A stretch of 64,000 nt of DNA from the human T2T-CHM13v2.0 reference genome, Homo sapiens (GCF_009914755.1 NC_060925.1); one strand, 5' to 3'. Counted from the stretch's first letter, positions 39,501-53,774 are shown. Numbers and translations: made by a program. The notes: generated by a model from the sequence alone, not told the origin.

Positions 39501-39965
39501 GCTCAGTCATCTTAGTCAACAGGCAGCTGCAGTGAAGACAGTGGCCCCTCCCCCTGGGAACTCAGTAGTCTTTGACAGTCTCCAGGCCAGTGGCCTCTGA
39601 GAATCTGCACAGCTCTGTGCTTAGGACCCAAGGCCCTGGTGGCATGGGCTCATGAGAATGATCTGATCTGCAGGTTGAACAGATCCATGGAAAATGCATG
39701 GTTTCCTGGGCAGGGTAGCATGATCACTCACCACCTCCCTTGGCTGGGGATGGGCACTCCCCTTACCCTGTGTGGCTTCCAGGTGGGCCATCACACCACC
39801 CTGCTTTTCCTTGCTCTCCATGGGTCACGCCAACTGCCTAGTCAGTGCCAGTGAGAGAACCTGGATACCTCAGTTGTCAGTGCAGGATTCACTAACTATG
39901 TTCATTCTTCTTTGTGGAAGCCCCCAACCACAGCTGTTTCTAATTGGCTATCTTGGCCCCTCCCC
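33564..39965 (-). mobile_element. Full-length (~6.4 kb) older L1PA (about L1PA8A-L1PA13), inactive
   Basis: 5' end GGGGAGGGGCCAAGATAGCC on the minus strand. ORF1p fragments (38282-38716, 37850-38182), many ORF2p fragments, 3'UTR and poly(A). 16-bp TSD with 2 mismatches: ATTCCTCGTGTTCTTT (33548-33563) / ACTCCTCTTGTTCTTT (39966-39981). Confidence 0.93.
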
Positions 39966-41348
39966 ACTCCTCTTGTTCTTTACATTCAACTAATTCTTTG
40001 AAATTTAAAGACAGCACCATAAGAGCAATCATCCTGGTATCATTAACACAGAGAAATCCTCGGAAACAAGAGAGGTTTTTGTTAACATTGAGGTGATGTC
40101 CATTCAAAGCTGTTGTGCCTGACACTGCTTCTTGTCTCTTTATCTTAATAATGAGCTTCCAGATATCAAATGAGGACTCCCTGAGTAATGCAACAGGAGA
40201 AGCAGTACATCTGTGATGCTGCCAGTGATAACACAAACCTATGATGTTCATGTGGCTTAAAGCACACAATATACCATTCTTACAGCACAGCAGTTCACAA
40301 ATCAGCACATGAAAATGATGCTGGAGGAGGATATTAACTGGAAAGTATTAAATTTTCCTCTTGATAAACTAAACTTTCAGATAGAGCAACTAATTAGGTC
40401 TCATGTGCTGGATCCAGAGGGACTCCAATTTTTTTTTTTCCTGGATGTCCTGAGGCTGGAGAAAGAAAAGTAGAATTTAATGTAGACAATTGTAAAATAT
40501 TGTCCTGGGGCAAGGAATCCACGGAGTGAGCCCAGTGTGTGAGTGCCAACAGCTCACAGAGGGAGCCAGGCAAACCATGCCAGTGCTTTGCTCTGCTGGC
40601 TGGGACACCATAACATCCTTTTGATAAATGCTGACTTCCTCTGGAGATCTAGGTCAAGGTAGTAGAGGGAGTATCTTTTGTTCTTTAATCCCAGTGCTGT
40701 GCATTTCCCCTGGGGCTGGATTAGTGTCCTTTCAAAGAAAGAACCAGAAAAACAGTAATCAGTGTGTCAGGTTATCCATTAAGGGCTCACAGCTTTACAA
40801 TTCAACAAAAAGCAGTTACCCAAGGGAGGACTTAGATAGGGATGCAGTCTCTTCTAAAATCTTCACTTTCCTTTACCCAGTAGCATGTGGTCACATTTTA
40901 TAGACAGCACATACAGACACTCAGACATTCAGGGAGTAGGCACTGTTGCCCTGTGTGGAGCTTATTTGGGGTCTGACTATATCCAAATCTATAAGAGTTT
41001 AATTATTCAACTGAGTTTAGTACCCATGAAGGTGATGCATAAAGCAGGTTTTTGACAACACCTCCATTTCTCATTTCAGATTCTTCTCTAGATAATACAA
41101 GAGCTCTGTCTCTCAGCCTTAGTGACCAAGGAAGTGAACTCATTTCTGTTTTAATAAAACCAGAGCTTTTCAAGCCTCAAAATGACTCACCTCCTGTCTT
41201 CTCAAAACTCACCATGGACATGTCTCTGAATTCTGTCCACAAAATTTCTTTGAACCTTCTTTTTGTGGGTACGAGAAAAGTCAATACCTCTTCCATGGCT
41301 GTGTTCTCAGGCTTTTGTGAACATACTCAACATTTGCATCTTCTTTTA

Positions 41349-41826
<478 letters not shown>

Positions 41827-41857
41827 ATTGTCTTTATAGATATACGTACATAAATAT

Positions 41858-41982
41858 ATTTCAGATGAGGTCTTGCTATGTGCTATGTTGCCTAGGGCAG
41901 TCTGAAACTCCTGGCTCAAGTGATCCTCCTGTGTCAGCTCCTGAAGTGCTGGGATTATAGGTGTGAGCTACCATGCCCAGCA
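41858..41982 (-). mobile_element. FLAM (free left Alu monomer)
   Basis: GGTCTTGCTATG..AACTCCTGGCTCAAGTGATCCTCC..CCATGCCCAGC. Its 15-bp TSD GTACAGGGATTTTCT (41502-41516, 41984-41998) encloses both the FLAM and the younger Alu. Confidence 0.88.
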
Positions 41983-42182
41983 GGTACAGGGATTTTCTAC
42001 TATCAGAATGTAATCTGGTCTCTTTTCAGCACAAATATTTTAATAATTTTGTTTCTCTTTTATGCCTACTGACCCAAAAGTAGTGAGGTAAAGAGTGGGG
42101 ATTCTTAATCCACAAAGGTAATTAGTGGTTTGAGAGACTCACTGAATATGATAAAATGGTAAAAATAACAACAACAACAAAA

Positions 42183-42767
42183 TTTGTAATACAGGCATAC
42201 AATGTGTAACAATTAGTTCTAAGTAATTGGGATATTCATTCATTACCTCAAACATTTATCATTTCTTTGTGCTGGAAACATTCCAAATCTCCTCTGCTAG
42301 CTATTTTGAAATATGCAATAAATTATTGTTAGCTATAGTCACCCTACTGTGCTATTGAACACTAGATCTTATTCCTTGTATCTAACTGTATTTTTGTACC
42401 CATTAACCAACCAATCTTCATCCCCCACTCCCCACTACCCTTCCTTGTCTCTGGTAACCACCATTCTATTCATGATCCACATGAGATCGATCTTTTTGGC
42501 TCCCACACATGAGTGAGAACATGCAGTGTCTTTCTGTGCCTGGCTTCTTTCTCTTAACATAATGTCCACCAGTTCCATCCATGTTGTTGTAAATGACAGG
42601 ATTTTGCTTTTTTTTTTTAAGACTGTCATATATTTCACTGTGTATATATACTATATATATATATTCATTATCCATTCATTCATTGATTGTATGCATGTAT
42701 CAAAATATCACATATACACCATAAATATATACAACCATTATGTATCCATAAAAATTAAAAATTAAAA
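42183..42767 (+). mobile_element. L1MA (about L1MA5-7) 3' fragment with 5' inversion
   Basis: 42183-42687 is antisense L1MA 3'UTR/ORF2 end; 42686-42767 is the sense extreme 3' end (ATTGTATGCATGTATCAAAATATCAC..AAAATTAAAAATTAAAA). Confidence 0.8.
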
Positions 42768-42852
42768 CTGTGAATATGGAGTAAAGTACACAGAATTTGT
42801 AACGCTAAGTCAAACTCTACTTTTTAATTCTCCATATTTTCAATGTCACTTT

Positions 42853-43159
42853 CTTTTGTTGTTGTTGTTGTTGTTGTTGAGATGGAGTTTTGCTCTTGTC
42901 ACCCAGGCTGGAGTACAGTAGTACAATCTCATCTCACTACAACCTCCGCCTCACAGGTTCAAGCGTTTCTCCTGCCTCAGCTGCCCAAGTAGCTGGGATT
43001 GCAGGTGCCCATCATCACACCCCGGTTAATCTTTGTATTTTTAGTAGTGACAGGGTCTCACCATGTTGGCCAGCTTGGTCTTGAACTCCTGACCTCAAGC
43101 AATCCACCCACCTTGGCCTTCCAAAGGGCTATTACAGGCATGAGCCACCACACCCAGCC
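42853..43159 (-). mobile_element. Alu, AluSq/Sp-like, with (CAA)n tail
   Basis: GAGTTTTGCTCTTGTC diagnostic and (TTG)n tail on the + strand. TSD TCAATGTCACTTT / TCAGTGTCCCTTT (42840-42852, 43160-43172). Confidence 0.92.
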
Positions 43160-43925
43160 TCAGTGTCCCTTTGATATGGAGTAATAGGAAGAGGATGAGG
43201 TAGGTAGAATCAAGGATGGTGAAATTTTAGTTTCCCACAAGCCACACTGAGTTGATCATTTTAGAAAGCCACCCATTGGAATACATCAGCTGGAGAATGT
43301 TATTTTTAAGAAAAAGAAAGCAAATAAAAAACCAAGCAATTTAATTTATCTAGTAAGAATTCAGCTTGGGTAGCTGTGCAGGATAGGAGTATGTATTTTA
43401 TTTTGAAATGAATGCATTATGAAAAGATTGAATATGAAAGCCATGACTGTTACCCTGAAAACATTCTTCTTAAAGGAGCCATTAGGGAATGAGCCATGAG
43501 CTGAATAATGGATATGTATGTTCTTCTAATGGCATCACTTATGGCCAATGTGATGAGGGAGAAAGTTATGCATACAGACTGCCTATACAAATGTTTGTAT
43601 TCTAAATGTCTCTGTGCTCCAATATTGCCTGCCTGCCTTAAATCATCATTTCCTAGGTGTCCACTCTAAAGGCTTATCTCTCTTGCCCAACATCTAATAG
43701 GTATTCCAGAAAATGCAACATGTTGAGACTACTAGAACTGCAGAGCTGGAGAAAACTTTAGTGATGTTCTTATAACCCAATTCTTATTCAATAACATTGC
43801 TTTTTTCCTCAAATTATAAAATTAACATATATTCATTTTAAGGAATAAGAAAATGAAACAACCTATAATTCAAATACCAGAGTTCTGAATTTCTTTATAG
43901 TATTTTTTGAGGGGAGGAGGATGAG

Positions 43926-43968
43926 TATATATATATATATATGGCGTGTGTGTGTGTGTGCGCGCGCA
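43926..43968. repeat. Compound (TA)n(TG)n(CG)n microsatellite
   Basis: TATATATATATATATATGGCGTGTGTGTGTGTGTGCGCGCGCA. Confidence 0.9.
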
Positions 43969-44109
43969 TATCTGTATGTATGTATATATGCACAAACTCA
44001 CATGTACATTTTTAATCTTTCAAAATTGAGATTATATTGTAAGTCCAGTTTTAATAATAGGTACGTGGTGTGAATTTTCCCATGTCAGTAAATATTCTTT
44101 AAAAACCAT

Positions 44110-44865
44110 CATTTTTAAAAATAATGTGAGGTGAAATTTACATAACATAAAATCAACCATTTGAAAGCGAACAGTTTAGTGGCATTTAGTACATCCACAA
44201 TGTTGTGCAACCACCATCTCCATCTGATTTCAAAACGTTCCTATCACTCCAAGGTAAAATCCCATACCCATTAAGCAGTTTTTCCTCATTCTTCTTTCTG
44301 GTAGCACTTGGAAACCACCAATTTGTTCTGGTCTCTGGATTTACCTATTCTGGATATTTTATATACGTGAAACCATACAATATGTGAACCTTTTGTGTCT
44401 GACTTCTTTCACTTGGAATAACGTTTTTGCATTCATCCACCTTGTAGCATGCATCAGTACCTCATTCTTTTTTATGGCAGAAAAAGTATTCCATTGTTTG
44501 TATATACCACTATTTATTCACTCATTCATCTATTAATGGACATTTAGGCTGTTCCTTCTGACTGTTGCGAATAGTGTTGAACATATGTATACGTGTTCTT
44601 GTTTGAGTGTCTGTTTTCAGTTCATTTGGGCATATACCTAGAGTGGAATATGCAGGATCATATGGTAATTCTATTTTTAACTTTTTGAGGAAACACCAAA
44701 TTGTTTCCACAGCTGCTCTATCATTCTACATCCCCACCAGCAATGCATGAGGGTTCCAATTTCTCCACATCCTCACCAGAACTTGTTAATTTCCATTTGT
44801 TTGCTTGTGTTTTCATCATAGCCATTCATTACATCCATTACAGTGGGTGCAAAGTGGTTTTTAAT
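44110..44865 (-). mobile_element. L1MB-like 3' fragment
   Basis: GAGGTGAAATTTACATAACATAAAATCAACCATTTG..GTGGCATTTAGTACATCCACAATGTTGTGCAACCACC. The ORF at 44522-44710 is an ORF2p C-terminal remnant (LKKLKIELPYDPA). Confidence 0.85.
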
Positions 44866-46434
44866 GGTTATGTGATTCATCTGGTTTCTCTATATTGTAT
44901 CTTTCATTCTCTACTCTATTGTTGACATTTAGGTTGTTTTGAAATTGCTCCTATTGTTACTAAACATAGGATGAAATTTTTACACAGTATATAAATCTGT
45001 AATTACATCTCATTATTTCCTCAGCAAAGTTCCTGGAAGCAATCATCTGGTTTTGCAGGTGAAGAAGCTGTGTTAATAAGAGCTGAAACCAGAGCTCAGG
45101 TTACCTATACCTTAGCCAGTGTTTTCCTTCGATTTTTTGATGGGATTGTGTCAGTGTTTTAGATGTAAGATGGATACCAGGTTAGATGAAACTCAGCTAA
45201 AAACAGTGAATTCTTTAGCATTGGGTCTGATACCCTGTGGAACACAAATGTTCCACAGTCCTTCCTGTCAAGTACTATGTCCACTCACTCTATTTTGTCC
45301 TAAATGGAAAAAGGGCTGCAAACACAGCAAAGCTCTATGTGTTCACAAGCACTGTTGCACACTGTGTGCCATCAACAACTTTACAGGCATAGTCTCAACA
45401 TAGTCTACCACAACTTCTTCAGTTCTGCATGGCCACAAAGTCTTAGTGAAGTAGGTTCAGGTCAGTTCCAATGGGTCAGTTGCCTCGCTGCAGCTTTGTC
45501 TTTCTACCTCCATAGTATTTTGTGCTTGAGTAGGGGAATGGCAATAGATTTGTGCTGTCATTGGTAGACCTCTATTTAAATGGTGTTTTCAATGAGGTTA
45601 GAGCTGGTAAAAGGTGAGATCCAATGGTACATTTTGAAATTTTTAGTGAGATCCCAAAAAGAAATATACCCAGCCACATACAGTACATAAAACTACAGTC
45701 TGTTTCCCCTCTAATTGGTAATAAATGTAAATGTTTAGTTATGCCTGACTAGGGAGCTATGAACAACACATCTGTCTGACTGCTTTTTCAGTCTTCCCAA
45801 GGACTGCAGCATTTATACCATCTGTAGCTTGTGCAAGAAAGAGACAGAGAAAAAGTGAGACTAAAATTTAGAGAATGGATATTACTAGAAGTGCATAGGG
45901 AATTGATTCAGTCAACAAATACTTATTGAGCACCTATTATAGCCTATGCATGCCAGGCCAAAAAAAAAAAAAAAAAAGATGCTGTTGAGTTTGAGGTTGA
46001 TAATAAATCTCTCCCCTTCCTAAATTCTGAATCAATTGATGAGGTAGGGGGATGTTAAGCTAATGGAGATATAAATGTCAAGTTTATTACTGAAAACAAA
46101 TACTGGTGAATGAGGCTTAGGCTACAATAATAATGGGTTTCCTAGGAGTGAGCTCTGGAATCAAACAGGCCCACCTGCCCTGACACAGACAGAGCGGACA
46201 GAGGATTGCAGGACTTACTCATGAAGGTAGAGCACAGACTACTTATCTGGAGGCCTGGTTAGGAGAAGGGCAGGCAGGCTCGCTGTAGGCCAGCAGGGCC
46301 CCAACAAGGAAGAGGAGGGGAAGGGGCTGGCTGCAGGCCAGTCTTGCTTCTAAAATGGGTCAGAGGAGCAAAGGGGATGGAGAGGAGTAAGACACACACA
46401 CAAATACTGTGGATCTCAGGCCTGTTTTTATGTT

Positions 46435-46570
46435 AGGGTTACCTGGGACTCCATCCTCATGCCTAGAGAGTCTGATTCCATTGACTACGATTGGGCATGG
46501 GCTTGGATATGTATTTTTAAAAATTTCCTAGGTAATCGTAGGTGTACAACCAGGGTTGAGAATCATTGTT
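46435..46570. mobile_element. MER5-like hAT MITE fragment
   Basis: AGAGTCTGATTC..ATGTATTTTTAAAAATTTCCTAGGTAATC..CAGGGTTGAGAATCATTG followed by TTCTAA. Confidence 0.65.
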
Positions 46571-49099
46571 CTAATAGAACATAGGTGGAAGGAGCCCCTG
46601 CCATCATCCCATGCACTCCACTAGATAAAATGATCAACGAGGGGAAGTTCTTACCTTCCAGAATCTCTCATTCTCCTGATAGAGAAGGCATGATAGCAAC
46701 AGTGCTGTTTGCCAAATGCCACAGGCACTCAGAGGATGGAGAGACCAAAGGCCCAGGGTTCCAGAGACCTTCTCAGCACCATGGGTGGCCTGGGTTCAGA
46801 AGATCACCCTGGCAATTGTGGAAGAGGCAACATAGGAGAAAAGTGGATGTTTGTGAGGCCTCTTTTGAGATTGCAATAGATCAAGAGAGTATACAATAAA
46901 AAGGAAGCAAGGTGGCTAGGGACACAGATTGCTCATTAATTAGCATCCTTCTGTGTTCAGCCTTAGAATAACAAGCCTTCTTCTTGAGAGCAGGCTGCCT
47001 GTGGTCTGCCTGGGCCATATGTGTGGCCTCCACTGGGGGCCATGGTTCTGTGTGGAGGAGCTCAAGTTTCTTGAGGTTGTGCTAAGGATGAGGGGAGAGG
47101 ATGAATATCAGGTGCACAGCTTGGCACCTGGCACAGAGTGCCTGCTTGCTAGGTGTTAGGTGCTGCTGCTGCTGCTGTTGGTTCTGAGAAGCACGAAAGC
47201 TGCAGCAGCACAGGTCTCTCCTTGGTTTGTTGGCTTGAGCTCTGACTCACCTGTGTGAAAGTAGAGCTTTCGATGATTTGTGATGGGCTTACGGTTTTGC
47301 AGAAATGCCACAGATGTTTTACTCCTTGTTTTAGTTTAATCATCAGTACTGGCAACAACAACAAAATGCTGAGGATACCTCAACATTCCATCTTAATGAG
47401 TTTTATTGATAGCTAGACCAAACCAGGATTCAAAACCAAATAAGCATTTTTTCATTTCCTTTAATCCTCATAACTACCTTGTGAGATACATTTTATAATC
47501 CCATTTTATAGATAAGAAACTGAGGTTAAGAGAAGTTAAATAATTTTTCTTATGTCAGCTTTTAAGTAACAAATGCAGGATGAAAACTCAAGGCTCTGGT
47601 TTCACATCAGGCTCTGTTTTGATTATACTTCAGTGAGATTACTGTGCTTTTTGCTTTTAGAGAGACAAGGAGGAAAAAAAGCATAATTCTCAAGTCCTTC
47701 AGAGGAACATGCCTACAAGATGTCTTTGTGGTATAGAGAAATAGGGTTATACTAGTTTGAGAATTCTTTCTGTGCTCTATTATCTAGAATAGTCACTATT
47801 TCTCTTTTATAAATGTGTAAAATCTCTTTTCTGAAGGTGACAGTAATTAACATTCACACTCTGCAAATTTATTTTTCAAGGGGTCTATACAATACTCTGA
47901 AGACTGTGAAAAAATAAGAACTTTTGGACTCAGAGTCATGTTTTTCGCAATTTAATTGTGTGCCATGTATCTTGGATCAGTATCCTCATTGTATGTTTTA
48001 TGTTTCTCAGACAATTCATGAAATGACATGACAAATATTGGCCATGAATTCCTTAAATGTGCACTTGTGCCTTGTGTTTGACAACTGACTTTTGACTAAA
48101 GGAATGAATGAATGTTGGAGGAGATCAATACTGTTGAATTCAAAGGGTAACAGAGATGCTATGCAGTACGTAGGGAATACCCTTGGAGGATGACAGCCTT
48201 TGAGAGCTAGAGTCTGACAGGGAAAGGGAGCCTGAGAAGGGAAGGGAAGTGTCCTCATCTCCGCAGGGCCTGATGACAATGTTTTTTGCTGTAAGTGCTG
48301 GATGCCTTTACTCATCTTAATTTCAAATTGATTCTTCATTTTGCATCAGTTAGACATTGCGCTGTAGCAGTCCGCACAATATCACTTGTCTTCTGGGCCT
48401 TCCTGGAGGTCATATCTTGGCAGCACTTCCAGCTGACTTGCAATTATCTTCACTTGCTTTTTAAAGAGGCATTTGACAAGCAAGTTCACTGTAAAGAGAA
48501 AGAAATCGTTGCTACATATTTTTCCATGACTATCACAAACAAATTGGTGTCTCAATGAACCTCCTTTCCACTTGGCAGCCTCAACTCAATTCAATACACA
48601 TTGACGGAGGCCATCCTCTGTTTCGGACATTGCGATGGACAGTCTAATAGTTTCAAGGCTAAATAAGCCCCAAGCCTTGCCTCCCAGATGGAAGCATTGT
48701 AGTAGGGACTAAGAGATGTGCATAAATAACAATAGCACAATGGAGTCTCCATTGTTTAATAGCTATGCACTACTTTTAAATCACAGGAAACTTCATCATC
48801 TTGGCCTTGGACACATCTTGCCATCCATACTATTTAACATAGGTTTAGCCACAGATAAAAAGGTAAGAGAGAACATATAATTGCACCACTAACCACCCTA
48901 AGTCCCCCGAATTCTGCTGCTGGAGCATGATAAATTTTATTAGAAGTGTTTCTGAACACAAGATGTGAAATATCAGGAACCATGAATGATGAAGAACTAG
49001 AAACACTCTTATTTTGTAATGTAGGGACATTCTGATGTTATTTTAGGCCTAAGAGTTCTTCATCTAGATTTAAGTTTCAGCCTCTTAAATGATCTTTCA

Positions 49100-50010
49100 G
49101 ATCAGTTAATATTTATGAAATACCTACTATGTGCTTCCCACTTAGCCAGGTCTTAGAGGGGAAGTACAAAGATAAATAAGAGTTTTTTTTGCCTTTAAGG
49201 AACTTGCAGCCTTGTAAGGATATAAAAAACAAATAATTTCAATAGCTCCTGTTGGATGCTTTAGATAAGAAATCATGCTGGGCCCTGTCTTGGCAGAAAA
49301 GAAGGGTTTATAGCCCAAGTAGTGGGTCAGAAAGGCTCCCTAGAGGAGCAGCTGTTCCTCTAGTCCTTGAGGGTATTAGAAAGGTGAAGAAAGTTGAGAA
49401 GGGAAGTCCAAGTAGAGGGGAAAAGAAAAGGCATAGAAGACGAGTGTATGTGGTGTTTAGGGAGAATTCTTGACTTTGTTTTCTTAGAATTAAGTGCGAG
49501 TCAAGAAAGGTTACCAGAGGGAGGTAGGTCAGGCAAAAGGAGGCTTCAGGTAGCATGCCAGGTGTTTGGGCTCCATCGTCATGGAGCTGCACTGGAAGTC
49601 TCCATGACTGCAATGTAGAAAAGACTTAAATGAAGCAAGGCAGGGGTGGGAAAACAGGAGCCCAGTTCAGGAGGCTACAACTAAGAGGTTATAAAGGCCT
49701 GAGTTAGCGCTGTGAAAATAGAGGTGAAGAAAAGGGTAAAATTGGCAGAGTTGAAAACTGATTGGATCTGAATATTAAGAAAGAAAAGGTCTAAAATGGC
49801 TCTGAGGTTTGGAGCTTGGATGACTGGATTGATGGTGGTATCATTTATAGGCATTGGAAAGAACAGAGAAGAGAAAGTTGGGGGAGGGAGAGGAAAGTCT
49901 AATTTGGGATAGGTGTTGAATAAGAGGTGCTTGTGAAACAACTGGGAAGGTGTTGACTAGGAAATAGGAGGTTCACATCTGAACTTCAGAGGAGAGGAAA
50001 GAGCTGAAAA
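49100..50010 (-). mobile_element. L2 LINE fragments
   Basis: ATATTTATGAAATACCTACTATGTGC start; GGAGCTTGGATGACTGGATTGATGGTGGTATCATTTA; TTTGGGATAGGTG. Confidence 0.65.
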
Positions 50011-50344
50011 TACCAGCAGAGACCCTGTCTTCTTCTAGTCTGCCTCTCTTAGATCAGAGCCCAGGAAGGAGTAAGCAAGAAAGTAAATAATATATGTCTA
50101 AGATTGATTGACTGGGGGCTGTGGGAGGGAACTATTTGCTCTAAAAGATAGAAGAAAATCTTTTAATATTTTCTATGCCTTAAATTCTGCATTACAGAAA
50201 AATACTTCAGACCAGAACAGAAGTTGGCTGTTAATTTCAGCCTGAAAGCATTTTTTCTACTACCTATGTTTGGCGTCATTCGGTTTATTTTTAGACACCA
50301 TTGGAACTAACTTTGGAGAGTCTTCTTTTGGAGTTTATCCAGGG

Positions 50345-50582
50345 GCAGGTGACCTGGATAGTGAAGTATATGGAAATTCTTTCATATGAGGATTAATTTA
50401 AATACTTGAAGATATTTAGTCAAGAGAAAGACATCATACACATACACAGAGATATATTGGCAACATAATAAAGGCTTCCTTCAAATATTGAAAGGGTTGT
50501 CACATTGAAGAAATAATAGACTTACTGAACATACCTCCAGCTGATCAATGAGTGGAAGTTATATGCAGGTAGAGTTCACTTT
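50345..50582 (+). mobile_element. L3/CR1 LINE fragment
   Basis: TCATATGAGGA..GATATTTAGTCAAGAGAAAGAC..CTTCAAATATTGAAAGGGTTGTCAC..CAATGAGTGGAAGTTA is typical of the CR1 ORF2 3' part. Confidence 0.65.
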
Positions 50583-50584
50583 TA

Positions 50585-51815
50585 CTCAATAAATGATCAT
50601 TAAACACCCAGATTTAGTAGCCTCCTTTCTATGTATAGGACTCTAACAAGGAACAAGACAGATTAGGTCCCTGTTCTCCTGGAGTTCATATTCTAGTGAT
50701 GAGGAGACAGATAATCAACAAGATAAATGACTTTATACACTGACAGGTACTGTGGGGAAAGGAATGTAGTATTAAGAAAGAGAATAAGACCAAAGGCGGA
50801 GTGTGAGGGTGGGGGCAGAGCTCTCTAGGCTGGGTGCTAGGGAAGTCCTTCCAAGGAGGAGACATTTTGAGACCAGAATGACAAGAGCCAGCCAGTTTTA
50901 GAAAGAGCTTTCTGGGCCAGGTAAAACTCAAGTGAAAAGGCCTTCACTCAGGATTAAGGCTTAGCTACTGTAACAAGAGAGCAGGGTGTGGCTGAGGGAA
51001 GGTGAATGAGAATGTAGTACCAAGATGAAACTGGATAGGTAGGTAGAGGAAGCTCAGACAAGGCTTTTTGGATTTTGATTGTGATGGGAGATTACTATGT
51101 ACATTTTGCATGGGCAGGACTTGTTCAAGGAGCAAATTATCTAACTTGTACTTTTAAAAGATCACTCTGGCTATTGAGTACAGAACAGAGTATGTGGGAG
51201 TTTACACGGAACAGTATTTGAGAGGACAGAGGACAGTAGATTGGAGTAGGGTGGTAATGTGGCAGAAAGAAATGGATTGGTTCCAGAAACACTTTATATA
51301 TAAAAATAACAGGATTCGCTGAAGGAATTGGATGTTGAGGGGGCCATAAGGAAAAGGGGGAATGAAGGAGGACTCTTAGGTTCTTGGCTTAAATGTTCCA
51401 TTGGATGGTGCTGCCATTTAGTAAGATAGAGGAAAGAGTGGGTGGAACAGGTTGTGGACAACAGAGAGAGTTAACAGTTATGTTTTGGATATATTACATT
51501 GAAATTCCAATTTGACTCACACGTGGATATATCATGTAGGAAGCTAGATGCATGTGTCTGGAGCTCAAGGAGGAGGTCTTGGTTAGAGCAACAAAAATTG
51601 GGAATCATCAACGCATAGATGGGACATGACCCATGCGAGTAGGAATGGAAGGAAATAGAAGAGAGACCTCAAAACTGAGCCTTACAAGTGTTTAATATTT
51701 AGAGACCAGGTAGAGGAAGCAGAGCCAGTAAAAGATAAGGCCAATCATATACAATAAAAACCAGGAGAAGGTGGCATAATGAAGATCAAAAGAAGAAAAT
51801 AATTAAAGAAGAGGA
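50585..51815 (-). mobile_element. L2 LINE (about 1.2 kb)
   Basis: GGTCCCTGTTCTCCTGGAGTTCATATTCTAGTG; CTTTTAAAAGATCACTCTGGCT; TTGGATGGTGCTGCCATTTA; GTCTGGAGCTCAAGG. Confidence 0.8.
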
Positions 51816-53774
51816 AGCCATTCGATTTAAGGAAAATTCTGCAAAATTTAGATTTAGCCTATCATGGATGGAATCTCACAGTCCCCTGTCAAGGGAACAG
51901 GACACATTATGTTTCACATCTCTCCTCTTCTAGATGATAAAAACAATGTATCTAGATGATAAAACAAGGTACACCAGCAGGCAAATGCCACCCAGGCCAG
52001 CACTAACTCGGAAGAAGGGACAGAGAGATGTCTATCAGTTGCTCAAGGCTTGTTCTCTGGACACTCTTGTTCCAGACATTACTGCATTCTTAGAGACTCC
52101 TTTCCTTAATTCTGAGTCCTTGCCTTGTTCTCAGGTCTTCAGAGATTTTACTGATTCTTGCAGTCAGATCTCTCAACCAGAACCACTCTGGTTGTCTATC
52201 GATGTCCTGCCCTGGCCTGAGCAGACTACTACTTCCAAGATTTAGTTAGGTCCTTGTTCAGTGCTACCTCTGCCTCCCTTGTCTTTTCACCCGTCATTAC
52301 CACCATGGTTATTTCCTGATTATAGACCAATTCTCAGATACAGATCCATGCATCTTGTATGACCAGGCCCTTAACCTTTGCCCAGCACCATAGATCTTTC
52401 TAGATTCCATCAGCTAGTTGCATCTGGTTTGGGACAGCTCACAGCGCCAGAACCTGGTTCTGATCATCATAAGTGAACAAGCTTATGTGGGATGAACCAT
52501 CTGGAAGGGGGTCCTACCATAAAGAGCAACTCTTCCATGTGAGAATGTTGTCTGGATAGCCTTTGAGGACCCTTCCAATGTAAGAATCTGGGGCATTTTC
52601 AAAAAAACGTAAAGAAATGAATATTGGTTCCATTTTAGGGAATCATTTAGAAAGCAAACATTTAATGAAATACAATTACTTTTCCTTTTCTCTAGCATAT
52701 GATTATTCACATTCTGAAATTCTGTCTTTCTATTTCCCTCATATGTTTTGTTTTAGGTTGAGGGAGCTCTTATTTGCTGACAGGATATTTTGCTTCAGGC
52801 TAATATATTGCTAGTCAGGCAGAATTCTAAATGACAAGATTGTGTACAAGAATGTACAGTTTCTTCTGGTCAAAGCTGACCTCCTAATATTTTCTCATAT
52901 ATCCTAGGCACTCAGTAAAAACTGAATGAATTGAACTGAAGCCCTTTAAAAAGTGGATCCTTGGTAAAGCAATGGTTGGGCAATGGTTGGCGTTGGTGTT
53001 CATTACCAGGATCTGGCCTGTGATGGGAAGAGGAGTTTTTGTGAAGCACACTCTCTGTTTCTCTCCTCATCTATTCTCCTGTCAACGTTCAGATGGCAGG
53101 TTGATGCTTTCCTGTGTGTAACTAGAATGCTGACAAGAATCATAAATTATAGATTTGGGAAATCTCAAAATATTTCTACACTTTTCTAGTAAGCGACATC
53201 ATCATAGTATGTGTATGTGAGGCGGAGGCATGTCATATTGCTTTGTTCCCTGTCCCCTCCCACAGACACACTTAATGCAGTAGGCTTACAAAGGCCTGAG
53301 TAGGGGAAGATACTTTTGTATATCTAACACAAAAGTCATTTGTAGTTTGCATATTTGTGTGGTTTGACCCAAAGAGGGGTGCTAAAACATTAAAGGCCAG
53401 GCATTCTCCAGTCATCATTCTTCTCTATTGCTCCTCACCTGCCTCATCCATTTTTGCTACCTGCTAGGCATATGGATGCCTTTAAATATATAAACCTGGT
53501 CTACAACATGCTAGACCAGGAATCACAGCAGTGCTTGTAAACTGTCATACGTAAGTTTTATTTGGACTACAACAATATAAACATCACGATGTTTTAAGAT
53601 AGAAACAAATTTAAACCATAACCAGTTTATTGAACAAGCTGGAATCAGCAAGGGGCAGGCAGAAAGCAACTTGACTCCTTCTCGCCCATTTATACTCCCT
53701 CTATGGAATTGTTCTTCCCCACCCCAGCATGGCTCTCAGGCATATCAGTACTTCTCCTGTCATTCTCTGTTCTT

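Noticed and set aside
45270-45570. Possible ancient RTE/L4-like LINE coding remnant on the minus strand
   Set aside because: Only a vague peptide resemblance; cannot be supported without an HMM search.
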